A DNA stretch of 60,253 bases, filler included. It is 4 parts of 4 records of this genome, joined end to end, with 100 filler letters (N's around TTAATTAATTAA, not from the genome) between each part and the next. Parts side by side here need not be neighbours in the genome. Positions count along the whole stretch, not along the records: positions 1 to 21,709 come from SRR2962707_2753; positions 21,810 to 27,699 come from SRR2962707_2755; positions 27,800 to 36,618 come from SRR2962707_2756; 1 more part is not named here. The stretch is one strand, 5' to 3'. Both the position numbers and the translations under genes were made by a program. Below, piece after piece: positions 19,797 to 28,141 of this stretch (positions are counted from its first letter, which is position 1; each line of letters opens with the position of its first letter). The notes beneath the pieces were generated by a model. That model was not told the origin of the DNA and did not search any database. It worked only from the letters and a program-made list of their open reading frames with translations.

Positions 19797-20213
19797 ATGG
19801 CATACTGGCTTTTCAAATCCGAACCGGAAACCTGGGGTTGGGACGATCAGGTTGAAAAGAATGGCCCCGAAGAATGGGGCGGCGTGCGCAATTATCAGGC
19901 ACGCAACAATATGCGTGAGATGAAGAAAGGCGATCTTGGGTTCTTCTACCATTCGGTCAAGGAAAAGGCCGTGGTGGGTGTGGTCCGGGTCGCCAACGAA
20001 ATCCACCACGATTCGACCACCGACGACCCGCGCTGGGAGTGCGTGGACATCGAGGCGGTCAAACCGTTCGAGCGCCCCGTGACGCTCGATGAGATCAAGG
20101 CCACGCCAGAGCTTGAAGCCATGGTTCTGGTCAACAATTCCCGCCTTTCGGTCCAGCCGGTCGCCGAGGCCGAATGGAAATTCATCTGCAAGCTGGGCGG
20201 CGTCGAACCCTGA
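19797..20213 (+). CDS. EVE domain protein
   Basis: MAYWLFKSEP, WGGVRNYQARN, FFYHS, SRLSVQPV. Confidence 0.93.
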   Translation: MAYWLFKSEPETWGWDDQVEKNGPEEWGGVRNYQARNNMREMKKGDLGFFYHSVKEKAVVGVVRVANEIHHDSTTDDPRWECVDIEAVKPFERPVTLDEIKATPELEAMVLVNNSRLSVQPVAEAEWKFICKLGGVEP

Positions 20214-20304
20214 TTTACGGGTGCGGCGTTTTGGCGCACACTCCCCAGGACCCTGATTCGAAGAAATCGGGTCCAGGCTTGTTTTTTGAGAGGGGAGAAA
20301 CGGG

Positions 20305-20718
20305 ATGGATTATCTCAGTGTAAACTGGCTGGCCGTGCTCTTGGCCATGATTGCTTCGATGGCGCTGGGCGCCGGCTGGTACATGATCTTGTCCAAGCAA
20401 TGGGTTGCCGCCACCGGTAAAACCATGGACGAGCTCATGGGAGGGTCCGGGGGGCAGGCTGCGCCCTTCATCTGGGGCGCAGCGATGCAACTGGTGATGG
20501 CCTATTTCCTGGCTCTTTTCACCCCGGCAATCATGGGCGAAGTGACGATCGCGTCGGCGGTTATCGTCGGTATCCATGCCTGGGTGGGCTTCATGATCAC
20601 GTCGATGATCCTCAACCATCGCTATCAGGGCTCAAGCTGGTCGCTTGCCGTGATCGATGGCGGGTATCTTCTGGGGGTGATGATCGTTCAGGGCGTGGTG
20701 ATCGGGCTGTTGGGGTAG
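20305..20718 (+). CDS. DUF1761 membrane protein
   Basis: VNWLAVLLA..ASMALGAGWY...IDGGY. Confidence 0.85.
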   Translation: MDYLSVNWLAVLLAMIASMALGAGWYMILSKQWVAATGKTMDELMGGSGGQAAPFIWGAAMQLVMAYFLALFTPAIMGEVTIASAVIVGIHAWVGFMITSMILNHRYQGSSWSLAVIDGGYLLGVMIVQGVVIGLLG

Positions 20719-20771
20719 GACCAATCGGCCTTGGCGCGGGAAAGCCCCAACCTCATTAGCTCTACCACCCT

Positions 20772-20859
20772 GTCACCACGGCCTTGAGCCGGGGTCCAGT
20801 ACACTCAAATGCTTGAGATGGAGCAGCGAGCTCTACCGGTTACTGGAGCCCGGGATGAC
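20772..20859. repeat. Degenerate alphaproteobacterial REP/RIME-like palindromic element
   Basis: Left arm GTCACCACGGCCTTGAGCCGGGGTCCAGTA, right arm TACTGGAGCCCGGGATGAC, between convergent genes. Confidence 0.55.
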
Positions 20860-20916
20860 GCCAGTGGAACGGGCTGGCTCATTTCTCCCATGAACCGGCG
20901 GCGGTCCAGACCGCCG

Positions 20917-21102
20917 TCAAAAATCCGATGAAATGCCTTTGATTTCCCAATCGCCGTAGCGGGCCGGATCGAGCCCGCCGCGGCCATCGACCTCTCGCGG
21001 TGCGTTCGAGGTCTTCGCGTCGATCTCCGCCCGCCGCTTTTTCGCTTCTTCGAGCGCGCGTCTGGCAATTGCGGGATCGGGGCGTCTTGGCGTTTCGGAC
21101 AT
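20917..21102 (-). CDS. DUF1674 (SDHAF4-like) small protein
   Basis: C-terminal EVDGRGGLDPARYGDWEIKGISSDF. Confidence 0.9.
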   Translation of the reverse strand: MSETPRRPDPAIARRALEEAKKRRAEIDAKTSNAPREVDGRGGLDPARYGDWEIKGISSDF

Positions 21103-21212
21103 CGGACGAAACCACTTCATTGGGTGGAGCTTTTTTGGGCGCGTTCTTGCGGGAACGCCCTCGCATACCCATCATATATGCAACCCAACCGGCTTAGGAA
21201 AGCCTGACGACA

Positions 21213-21709
21213 ATGATGAATGCTCTGCGCACCACCATTCTGCTTGCCGGCATGACCGCGCTGTTCATGGGCGTTGGCTATATGATCGGCGGCACGGGCG
21301 GCATGGCCCTGGCCTTCCTGTTCGCTCTGGGCACCAACGCCTTTGCGTACTGGAATTCGGACAAGATGGTTCTCTCGATGCAAGGCGCCAAGGAGATCGA
21401 TCCGCGCTCGGCGCCCGAGCTGTACCAGATGACCCAGCGGCTTGCCGACAATGCCGGTCTGCCCATGCCAAAGCTCTATCTCATCGCAACGGACCAGCCC
21501 AACGCATTCGCCACCGGCCGCAGCCCGGACAAGGGTGTGGTCGCCGTCTCCTCGGGTCTCGTCAAATATCTCGACAGCCGTGAGGTTGCCGCGGTGATCG
21601 CGCATGAATTGGCGCATATCAAAAACCGCGACACGCTGACCATGACGGTCACCGCGACGCTGGCCGGTGCCATTTCCATGCTGGCCCAGTTCGGCCTGTT
21701 CTTTGGCGG
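21213..21709 (+). CDS. htpX: Zinc metalloprotease HtpX, truncated at contig end
   Basis: [23 protein letters not shown]. Confidence 0.93.
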
Positions 21710-21809
21710 NNNNNNNNNNNNNNNNNNNNNNNNNNNNNNNNNNNNNNNNNNNNTTAATTAATTAANNNNNNNNNNNNNNNNNNNNNNNNNNNNNNNNNNN
21801 NNNNNNNNN
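21710..21809. other. Artificial contig spacer
   Basis: 44 N + TTAATTAATTAA (stops in six frames) + 44 N. Confidence 0.98.
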
Positions 21810-22782
21810 CATTGGCGGGTTCATCCTGGCCAATTTCGAATGGCGCTGGATGTTCATCCTCATGCTGCCAATCGCACTGGGTGCGCTGGCTCTGGGCAGT
21901 CGCAAGATGCAGAACGTGACCACGCCGCGTTATGCGCCACTCGACATCGCTTCGGTAATCCTGTCTGCGCTGGGCTTTGGCGGACTGGTCTATGGCCTGT
22001 CCAGCCTGGGCGAAGGCGAACAGGCCGGTGCAGCCTTCCCGCTCTGGCTACCTCTGGTGGTCGGCGGCGTGTCCATGGTTGCGTTTATCTGGCGTCAGAT
22101 CGTGCTGTCGCGGCAGGACAAGGCGCTGCTTGATCTGCGCACCTTCCTGTCGCGCAATTACACCGTGTCCGTGCTGACCATGGGAATTGCCATGATGGCC
22201 CTGTTCGGCACGGTCATCCTGCTGCCCATCTACACCCAGAATGTTCTGGGTCTCGATACGCTGCAGACCGGCCTGTTGCTGTTGCCCGGTGGCTTGCTGA
22301 TGGGGCTGCTCGCGCCATCGGTTGGCCGCTTGTATGACCGCATCGGTCCAACCAAGTTGCTGGTACCCGGTACGGCACTGGTCTCGATCGTGCTTTGGGC
22401 GCTGACCCGTGTGGATCAGCACACCTCGGTCTGGGCCATCCTGACCGGTCACATCATCATCAGCATCGGTCTGGCGCTGGTGTTCACACCATTGTTCACT
22501 GCCGCTCTGGGCTCGGTGCGGCAGGAAATGTACTCGCATGGCAGCGCCATTCTCGGCTCGGTGCAACAGGTCGCCGGGGCCGCTGGTATTGCGCTGTTCG
22601 TGGCCTTGATGAGCATTCGCACCGCCGGTCTGGCTGCGGAAGGTGTGGAGCCCGTCAGCGCCCTGGCTGGTGGCATCCAGCTGGCATTCATGGTGGGCGC
22701 GACCATTTCCCTGTTCGCAATCGTCACCGCGTTCTTTGTTCGCAAGCCCGAAGGCGGCGCGCCCGGCATGGGCGGCCACTAG
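21810..22782 (+). CDS. DHA2/LmrB-like MFS drug transporter, 5'-truncated
   Basis: WRWMF, LLDLRTF, GLLLLPGGLLMGLLAP.VGRLYDRIGP, HGSAILGSVQQVAGA. Confidence 0.88.
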
Positions 22783-22791
22783 ACCATCCAG

Positions 22792-22816
22792 AACGGCGCC
22801 CAGCGGGCGCCGTTTT
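22792..22816. terminator. Intrinsic terminator between convergent genes
   Basis: AACGGCGCCC-AGC-GGGCGCCGTT followed by TT. Confidence 0.7.
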
Positions 22817-22817
22817 C

Positions 22818-23789
22818 TTATGGAGCCGAAACCTCGACAACCACAGCCCCGCGCTTGCGCCCGCTATCGACCAGCGCATGCGCCTTGGCAATCTCGGTGA
22901 AGGGCACGCGGCTATCGATAGTGGCCCGCAAAACACCCGCCGCCGCCAGATCCCGCAGTGTCTCGATATCTGCCAACAGCTCGCCTGCCACGCCGACGAT
23001 GATCTGCCGGCCACCCAGCAATTTGCGCAATCCAGCGCGCAGCATCATGCCGCCGCCAGCATTGCTGGCGATCAGCTGGCCCGTCGGGGGCGTCGCTCGT
23101 TCGAACTGGGCGAAACTGACCGTGTCCACAGTGTCCATGATCACGTCATACTGGATGCCATTGCGGGAAAAGTCAGTCTGCCCGTAGTCGATCACATGAT
23201 CAGCACCCAGGGCCCGCACCATATCCAGATTGCGCTCGCTGCAGACGCCCGTGACCTCTGCGCCGAAATGCCTGGCCAACTGCACGGCGAAGCTGCCCAC
23301 GGCGCCGCTGGCGCCATTGATCAACACCTTCTGGCCTGGTGCAATCTTTGCCAGACGCAAGAAGTGCAGCGCCGTCAGGGCACCAAAGGGCAGGGCGGCG
23401 GCTTCGGCAAAATCCATCCCTTCGGGAAGCGCCACGATGGCCGCCGTTTCCGGCACCACCTTGTATTCGGCGTGGGCATCAAAGACGTGCATGCCAAACA
23501 CCCGATCGCCGGTTTTCAGTCGCGTCACGCCCGCACCAACCGCCTCGACAATGCCTGAAAACTCAGAGCCGAGAACGCTCTTGCGTGGTTTGGTGATGCC
23601 CATGAACAGGCGCGCAGGGAGCCAGAATGCAGCGGGAATGCGGAAGGCCCGCAACCGGGAATCGCCCGAGGTGACGGTGGTGGCGACAATGCGCACCAGC
23701 ACTTCACCCGACTTTGGAACAGGTTTGGCGATCTCCGTGATTTTCACGACATCGGGGGCGCCATAGGCAGTCTGTACGGCGGCTTTCAT
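22818..23789 (-). CDS. MDR-family NAD(P)-dependent oxidoreductase (QOR/RTN4IP1-like)
   Basis: LGSEFSG.VEAVG, VLINGASGAVGSFAVQLA, LGADHVIDY. Confidence 0.88.
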   Translation of the reverse strand: MKAAVQTAYGAPDVVKITEIAKPVPKSGEVLVRIVATTVTSGDSRLRAFRIPAAFWLPARLFMGITKPRKSVLGSEFSGIVEAVGAGVTRLKTGDRVFGMHVFDAHAEYKVVPETAAIVALPEGMDFAEAAALPFGALTALHFLRLAKIAPGQKVLINGASGAVGSFAVQLARHFGAEVTGVCSERNLDMVRALGADHVIDYGQTDFSRNGIQYDVIMDTVDTVSFAQFERATPPTGQLIASNAGGGMMLRAGLRKLLGGRQIIVGVAGELLADIETLRDLAAAGVLRATIDSRVPFTEIAKAHALVDSGRKRGAVVVEVSAP

Positions 23790-23871
23790 TTCGGTTCTCC
23801 AGAATTTTGGGCAGGCTTCGCCCGCCGCCTCGCTTTGGGGCAGTTTGTTGGTTCAGGGCCTGGGTTTCAGC

Positions 23872-24096
23872 CTATTCGGCGGTCTTCTTCCATTGGAACA
23901 CGGTGCCGATTTCCACCTCGAACACCTCGGCAATACGGAAGGCGGCTTCCAGCGAGGGCGAGTATTTGTTCTGCTCAATCGCGGCAACGGTCTGACGGGT
24001 CATGCCGATGCGGTCGGCCAACTCCTGCTGTGTCATCTCGTTCGCATCAAAGCGCAGGCGTCGGATGATATTGCTGATGGGGGGCGGCGTGGCCAT
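23872..24096 (-). CDS. XRE-family HTH regulator
   Basis: MTQQELADRIGMTRQTVAAIEQNKYSPSLEAAFRIA. Confidence 0.92.
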   Translation of the reverse strand: MATPPPISNIIRRLRFDANEMTQQELADRIGMTRQTVAAIEQNKYSPSLEAAFRIAEVFEVEIGTVFQWKKTAE

Positions 24097-24560
24097 TACG
24101 CGCTCATCCGAAATGCAATGATATGGGTGGTTTCGCGCACCAGTTCGGTGATGACGAAAGCCATCAGCACACCATTGGCAAAGATCAGCGCCACGGCACC
24201 ACCCGGATCAGCCGGGTAGGCGGCCTTGATGGTGTCGGTGGCCAGCAGCCCGCCAATCAGCCCGACCGGGACCAGCAGCTCGAGCAGCCGGAAACCAAAG
24301 CGGTCGGCCCGCGCCTCGATGTGACGCTCCATCTCATCGGGAGCGGCATCGAGGTTTTTCTTGCTCATGACGCCGGCAAACACATTCAAGCCGATCATCA
24401 CCACCAGCGAAATGCCCATACACACCAGGAATCGCACCAGCACTTCAGCCCCGTCCACGATCCCGGCGAATGCTTCGATCCAGAACGCCCCGAAATAATA
24501 GCTCCAGACCACCAGGGTAATCCCGACGGCAATCCATGCGTTCTTCTCGCGTAAAGACAT
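24096..24560 (-). CDS. 4-TM membrane protein (DUF2178-like) coupled to XRE regulator
   Basis: MSLREK..W, DEMERHIEARA motif; TAATG overlap with the XRE gene. Confidence 0.75.
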   Translation of the reverse strand: MSLREKNAWIAVGITLVVWSYYFGAFWIEAFAGIVDGAEVLVRFLVCMGISLVVMIGLNVFAGVMSKKNLDAAPDEMERHIEARADRFGFRLLELLVPVGLIGGLLATDTIKAAYPADPGGAVALIFANGVLMAFVITELVRETTHIIAFRMSA

Positions 24561-24686
24561 CGCGTCACTCCATGTTTGTAATCTATGACGCTATATCATC
24601 TACAACGAACATCATGTCAAATATATATAACACCATGTTGCGGGGACTTAACCTGGGCGACGCAGGTCGCCACCCAGGCCTCAGGG

Positions 24687-26516
24687 CTAGTTGTTGCCGA
24701 TAAAGCCGCCCGATTGCCGCGCCCAGAGCTGAGCGTAGATGCCGTTCTGGGCCAGCAGGCTGTCATGGGATCCCAACTCGGCAATTCGCCCCTGATCCAG
24801 CACCACGATGCGATCCATGCGGGCAATGGTGGACAGGCGATGGGCGATGGCGATCACCGTCTTGCCCTCCATTACGCCATAGAGCGTGTCCTGAATGGCT
24901 GACTCGGCTTCTGAATCCAGCGCTGATGTCGCTTCATCCAGCACCAGAATGGGGGCGTTCTTGAAGATTGCCCGCGCCAGGGCAATGCGCTGACGCTGCC
25001 CGCCTGAGAGCAGCACCCCGCGCTCACCCACATGGGCGTCGTAGCCGCGACGGCCCTGTTGATCAACCAGACCTGCAATAAATTCCGATGCCATGGCCTG
25101 CTCGGCCGCTGCCGCGATGGTGGCCTGTGGTGCATCGGGCTGACCATGAGCAATGTTGTCGCGCACGGAACGATGCAGCAGGCTGGCATCCTGGCTCACC
25201 ATGGCAATGGCGCCGCGCAGGCTGTCCTGTCTCACCGTTGCAATGTCCTGACCATCAATGCTGATCTGGCCCGCTTCAGCCTCAAAGAAGCGCAGCAGCA
25301 GATTGACCAGTGTCGACTTACCGGCACCCGAGCGCCCGACAATGCCGATCTTTTCGCCGCCAGCAATGTCGAAGCTGACGCCGTCCAGCCCGCCGACGCC
25401 TTTGCCATAGTGGTGGCTGACGCCGGAAAAGCCGATGGCTCCTGTGGTGATCGTCAAGGCCGGCGCATTGGGTGCATCGACGACTTCCAGCGGCTGCGCC
25501 ACAGTCTGCAATGCCTGCCGTGTGGCCCCCAGATGGGTGAACATCGACGACACCGCATCGAGCATCCATTCAGCCATGCCGGTAATGCGAAAGCTCAGCG
25601 CCAGCGAGGCCGCAACCAGCCCCAGCGGTGCGCCGCCAGCCTGCCATAGCACCACGGTATAGCCGACCAGCCCGACAATCAGCAGGCTGCCCATGAAAAT
25701 CATGCTTACATTGACCGTGACCTCCAGCTTTTGAACTGCCACGAATGTGCTGCGGGAGGCCGCAAAGCGCCGCATGCTCTCGGCGTCCTCGGCAGCCTGA
25801 TTGGCGAACAGCTTGATCACATCAATATTGGCATAACCGTCCACCAGCATGCCGGTCAGATCGGCATTGGCGCCCTGCAAGTCATGCGAGGCGCGATGCA
25901 GGCGCGGCACGACATAGACCATCAGGCCAACAAAACAGGCGATCCACACCAGCAAGGGCGTGATCAGCCTGATATCGATCGAGCCGATCAGCCAGGTCGA
26001 GCCGATCACATAGACCATCACATAGGTCAGCGTGTGGAGCACCTGATAGACCGCGCCGGTCGCTGACGCGCCGATATCGCGCACCTGATTGGCAATGCGG
26101 CCCGACAGGTCGCGCCGGAACCAGCCGACCGATTGGCGTTGCACATGACGATGCGCCCGCCAGCGGATCAGGGTTTCGGCATTGGGACGATAGGCGATGT
26201 CGTCCAGGCTCTCGCCAATAAAGCCGGCGAGGGGGCGGAGCAGCAAGAGAATAGCGGCCGCCCCGATCAGCTCCAGGCCGTGCTCTTCCCAGAACAGTGC
26301 GGGTTCGGCCAGTGCCAGCGTATCGACCAGCGAACTGGTATAGCCGATCAGCCAGACCTCGATGCTCGCGCTGATCAGCGTTAGCAGCAGGCTCAGCGCG
26401 ATGACGCGGTGAAAGGGTTTCAGGCTGTCGCCAACAAACTGCCAGACAGAGGCGCTGGGTGTCGTTTCGGCATGGGGCGTGAACGGGTCGACGAGCTTTT
26501 CAAAGCTGGGAAACAT
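24687..26516 (-). CDS. Fused ABC exporter (TMD + NBD), multidrug-type
   Basis: 6-TM region, GRSGAGKST, LSGGQRQRIA, LVLDEATSALD, IAHRLST. Confidence 0.93.
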   Translation of the reverse strand: MFPSFEKLVDPFTPHAETTPSASVWQFVGDSLKPFHRVIALSLLLTLISASIEVWLIGYTSSLVDTLALAEPALFWEEHGLELIGAAAILLLLRPLAGFIGESLDDIAYRPNAETLIRWRAHRHVQRQSVGWFRRDLSGRIANQVRDIGASATGAVYQVLHTLTYVMVYVIGSTWLIGSIDIRLITPLLVWIACFVGLMVYVVPRLHRASHDLQGANADLTGMLVDGYANIDVIKLFANQAAEDAESMRRFAASRSTFVAVQKLEVTVNVSMIFMGSLLIVGLVGYTVVLWQAGGAPLGLVAASLALSFRITGMAEWMLDAVSSMFTHLGATRQALQTVAQPLEVVDAPNAPALTITTGAIGFSGVSHHYGKGVGGLDGVSFDIAGGEKIGIVGRSGAGKSTLVNLLLRFFEAEAGQISIDGQDIATVRQDSLRGAIAMVSQDASLLHRSVRDNIAHGQPDAPQATIAAAAEQAMASEFIAGLVDQQGRRGYDAHVGERGVLLSGGQRQRIALARAIFKNAPILVLDEATSALDSEAESAIQDTLYGVMEGKTVIAIAHRLSTIARMDRIVVLDQGRIAELGSHDSLLAQNGIYAQLWARQSGGFIGNN

Positions 26517-26590
26517 GGGATGCCCTCCCGGGGCAGATGATCAAAATGATGAGGAGCTGAAAGGCAGCCCGACATAGCGGCGCGGCCCGT

Positions 26591-26623
26591 CTAGCGGTGC
26601 GTGCGTATGTCCATAATTCTCAT
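26591..26623 (-). CDS. Candidate leader peptide MRIMDIRTHR (or MDIRTHR from 26614)
   Basis: ATG AGA ATT ATG GAC ATA CGC ACG CAC CGC TAG ends 74 nt before the ABC exporter start, with complementary segments in the leader. Confidence 0.45.
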   Translation of the reverse strand: MRIMDIRTHR

Positions 26624-26743
26624 CAAAAGATCTCCCAGCATCGTGCTGTCACAAGTCAGGCTAGCCGCGCTTGCTCGCGCTGTCATGACCCAATTTGGCT
26701 TTTGCGGGCGCCAGTTTTGCAGCGTTGCCCATCAGCAACACGG

Positions 26744-27280
26744 CTAGCGCTCGTCCAGCCTTGGCATCAGCTCGACGAAATTGCACGGTTTATGCCGGTA
26801 ATCGAGCTGGTGGGTCAAAATGCCTTCCCACGCGTCGCGGCAGGCGCCACGGGAGCCGGGCAGGCAGAACACGAAACTGGTGCCGATCAAGCCTGCCGTG
26901 GCGCGTGACTGCAGCGAACTGGTGCCCACCGTGGTTGCCGAATACTGGTGGAACAGTACCGAAAAGCCTTCCATGCGTTTGTCGAATAGCGGCTCGACAG
27001 CTTCGGGCGTGACGTCGCGACCTGAAAAGCCGGTACCGCCCGTGGTCAGCACCACGTCCACCTTGGGGTCAGCGACAAAGCCTTGTACCGCCTGACGGAT
27101 AAGCTGGATATCGTCCCGTACAACAACGCGGTCGGCACAGAGGTGCCCATCAGCTTCCAGCAGTGACTTCAGCAGCGCCCCGCCTGTGTCGGTTTCCAGT
27201 GTCCGCGTGTCAGACACGGCAATGACCGCAATCGACAGGGGCTTGAACGCCCGGTCCTCAAACTGCGCCGTTTTGAACAT
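26744..27280 (-). CDS. moaB: Molybdenum cofactor biosynthesis protein B
   Basis: VSDTRT..TD, TTGGTGFSGRDVTPEA, CLPGS.GAC.DAW, PCNFVELM. Confidence 0.95.
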   Translation of the reverse strand: MFKTAQFEDRAFKPLSIAVIAVSDTRTLETDTGGALLKSLLEADGHLCADRVVVRDDIQLIRQAVQGFVADPKVDVVLTTGGTGFSGRDVTPEAVEPLFDKRMEGFSVLFHQYSATTVGTSSLQSRATAGLIGTSFVFCLPGSRGACRDAWEGILTHQLDYRHKPCNFVELMPRLDER

Positions 27281-27699
27281 TGGGGTTCTCCTCGTCATTC
27301 AAACCGGCCAGCTCTTCGGGGACGGGCGTTTCGTCGACGCGCATTTCGATGTCGTCAGCTTCGGCGCGGGGGTCAAGCACGAAGCTCTCCGGCGTGACTT
27401 GACGATCATTGCCCATGGGCTGGAATGGCGCGCGGTCGGCTGCGTCGACGCTCTTGCGGATGCGCATGCGCAGATAGGCGGTGACCGCGAGCGCACCGTG
27501 GAAGGACGCGGTGACCATGAACAGGCCCACCGGCGACCAGGCGCCCATGATCAACGAGGATACGATCGGGCCGATGGCCAGACCGATGCCCAGGATCAGC
27601 AGCATGCCGCCGGCAATCTTGGCGAACTCGCCATCCTTGGCATAGTCATTGGCATGGGCGACGGCCACGGCATAGATCGGGTTGGCGGCAAAGCCATAG
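27258..27699 (-). CDS. YcaD-like MFS transporter, C-terminal fragment
   Basis: PIYAVAVAHANDYA...GLAIGPIV; 5' end lost at the spacer. Confidence 0.8.
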
Positions 27700-27799
27700 N
27701 NNNNNNNNNNNNNNNNNNNNNNNNNNNNNNNNNNNNNNNNNNNTTAATTAATTAANNNNNNNNNNNNNNNNNNNNNNNNNNNNNNNNNNNNNNNNNNNN
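27700..27799. other. Artificial contig spacer
   Basis: 44 N + TTAATTAATTAA + 44 N. Confidence 0.98.
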
Positions 27800-27809
27800 C
27801 CACTCGACA

Positions 27810-27829
27810 CTCTCTCTCTCTCTCTCTCT
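27810..27829. repeat. (CT)10 microsatellite at the eukaryotic contig end
   Basis: Direct read. Confidence 0.9.
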
Positions 27830-28141
27830 TTCTCTTGGCACTTGCTTCAACCTCTCGACACATTCTTCGACCTCTCTGCGTCTCTCCTTTCGACACTGTG
27901 TTTTGAAACAAAAATCGCTCGCTGGAAACTTCAAAGAGGAAGGAGGGCGGACAGGCAAACTGTTCGTCTCCTACTTCTCTGTTGTTCGAGTTCATCCGTC
28001 GCTGGTTGCGACTTTCGTTCGTCATCGACCATCTCTCTCGTTTTCTCTCCGTCTCATACTCGAGGCTTTCTCTCTGTGCACCACAAGCGTGGGGAGTCTC
28101 TCAACACTCCTCTTCGCCAGAGGCTAGATTGAGTCCTTTGA

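Noticed and set aside
21754-21765. TTAATTAATTAA recurring three times in the window
   Set aside because: Assembly linker, not a biological repeat, att site or CRISPR repeat
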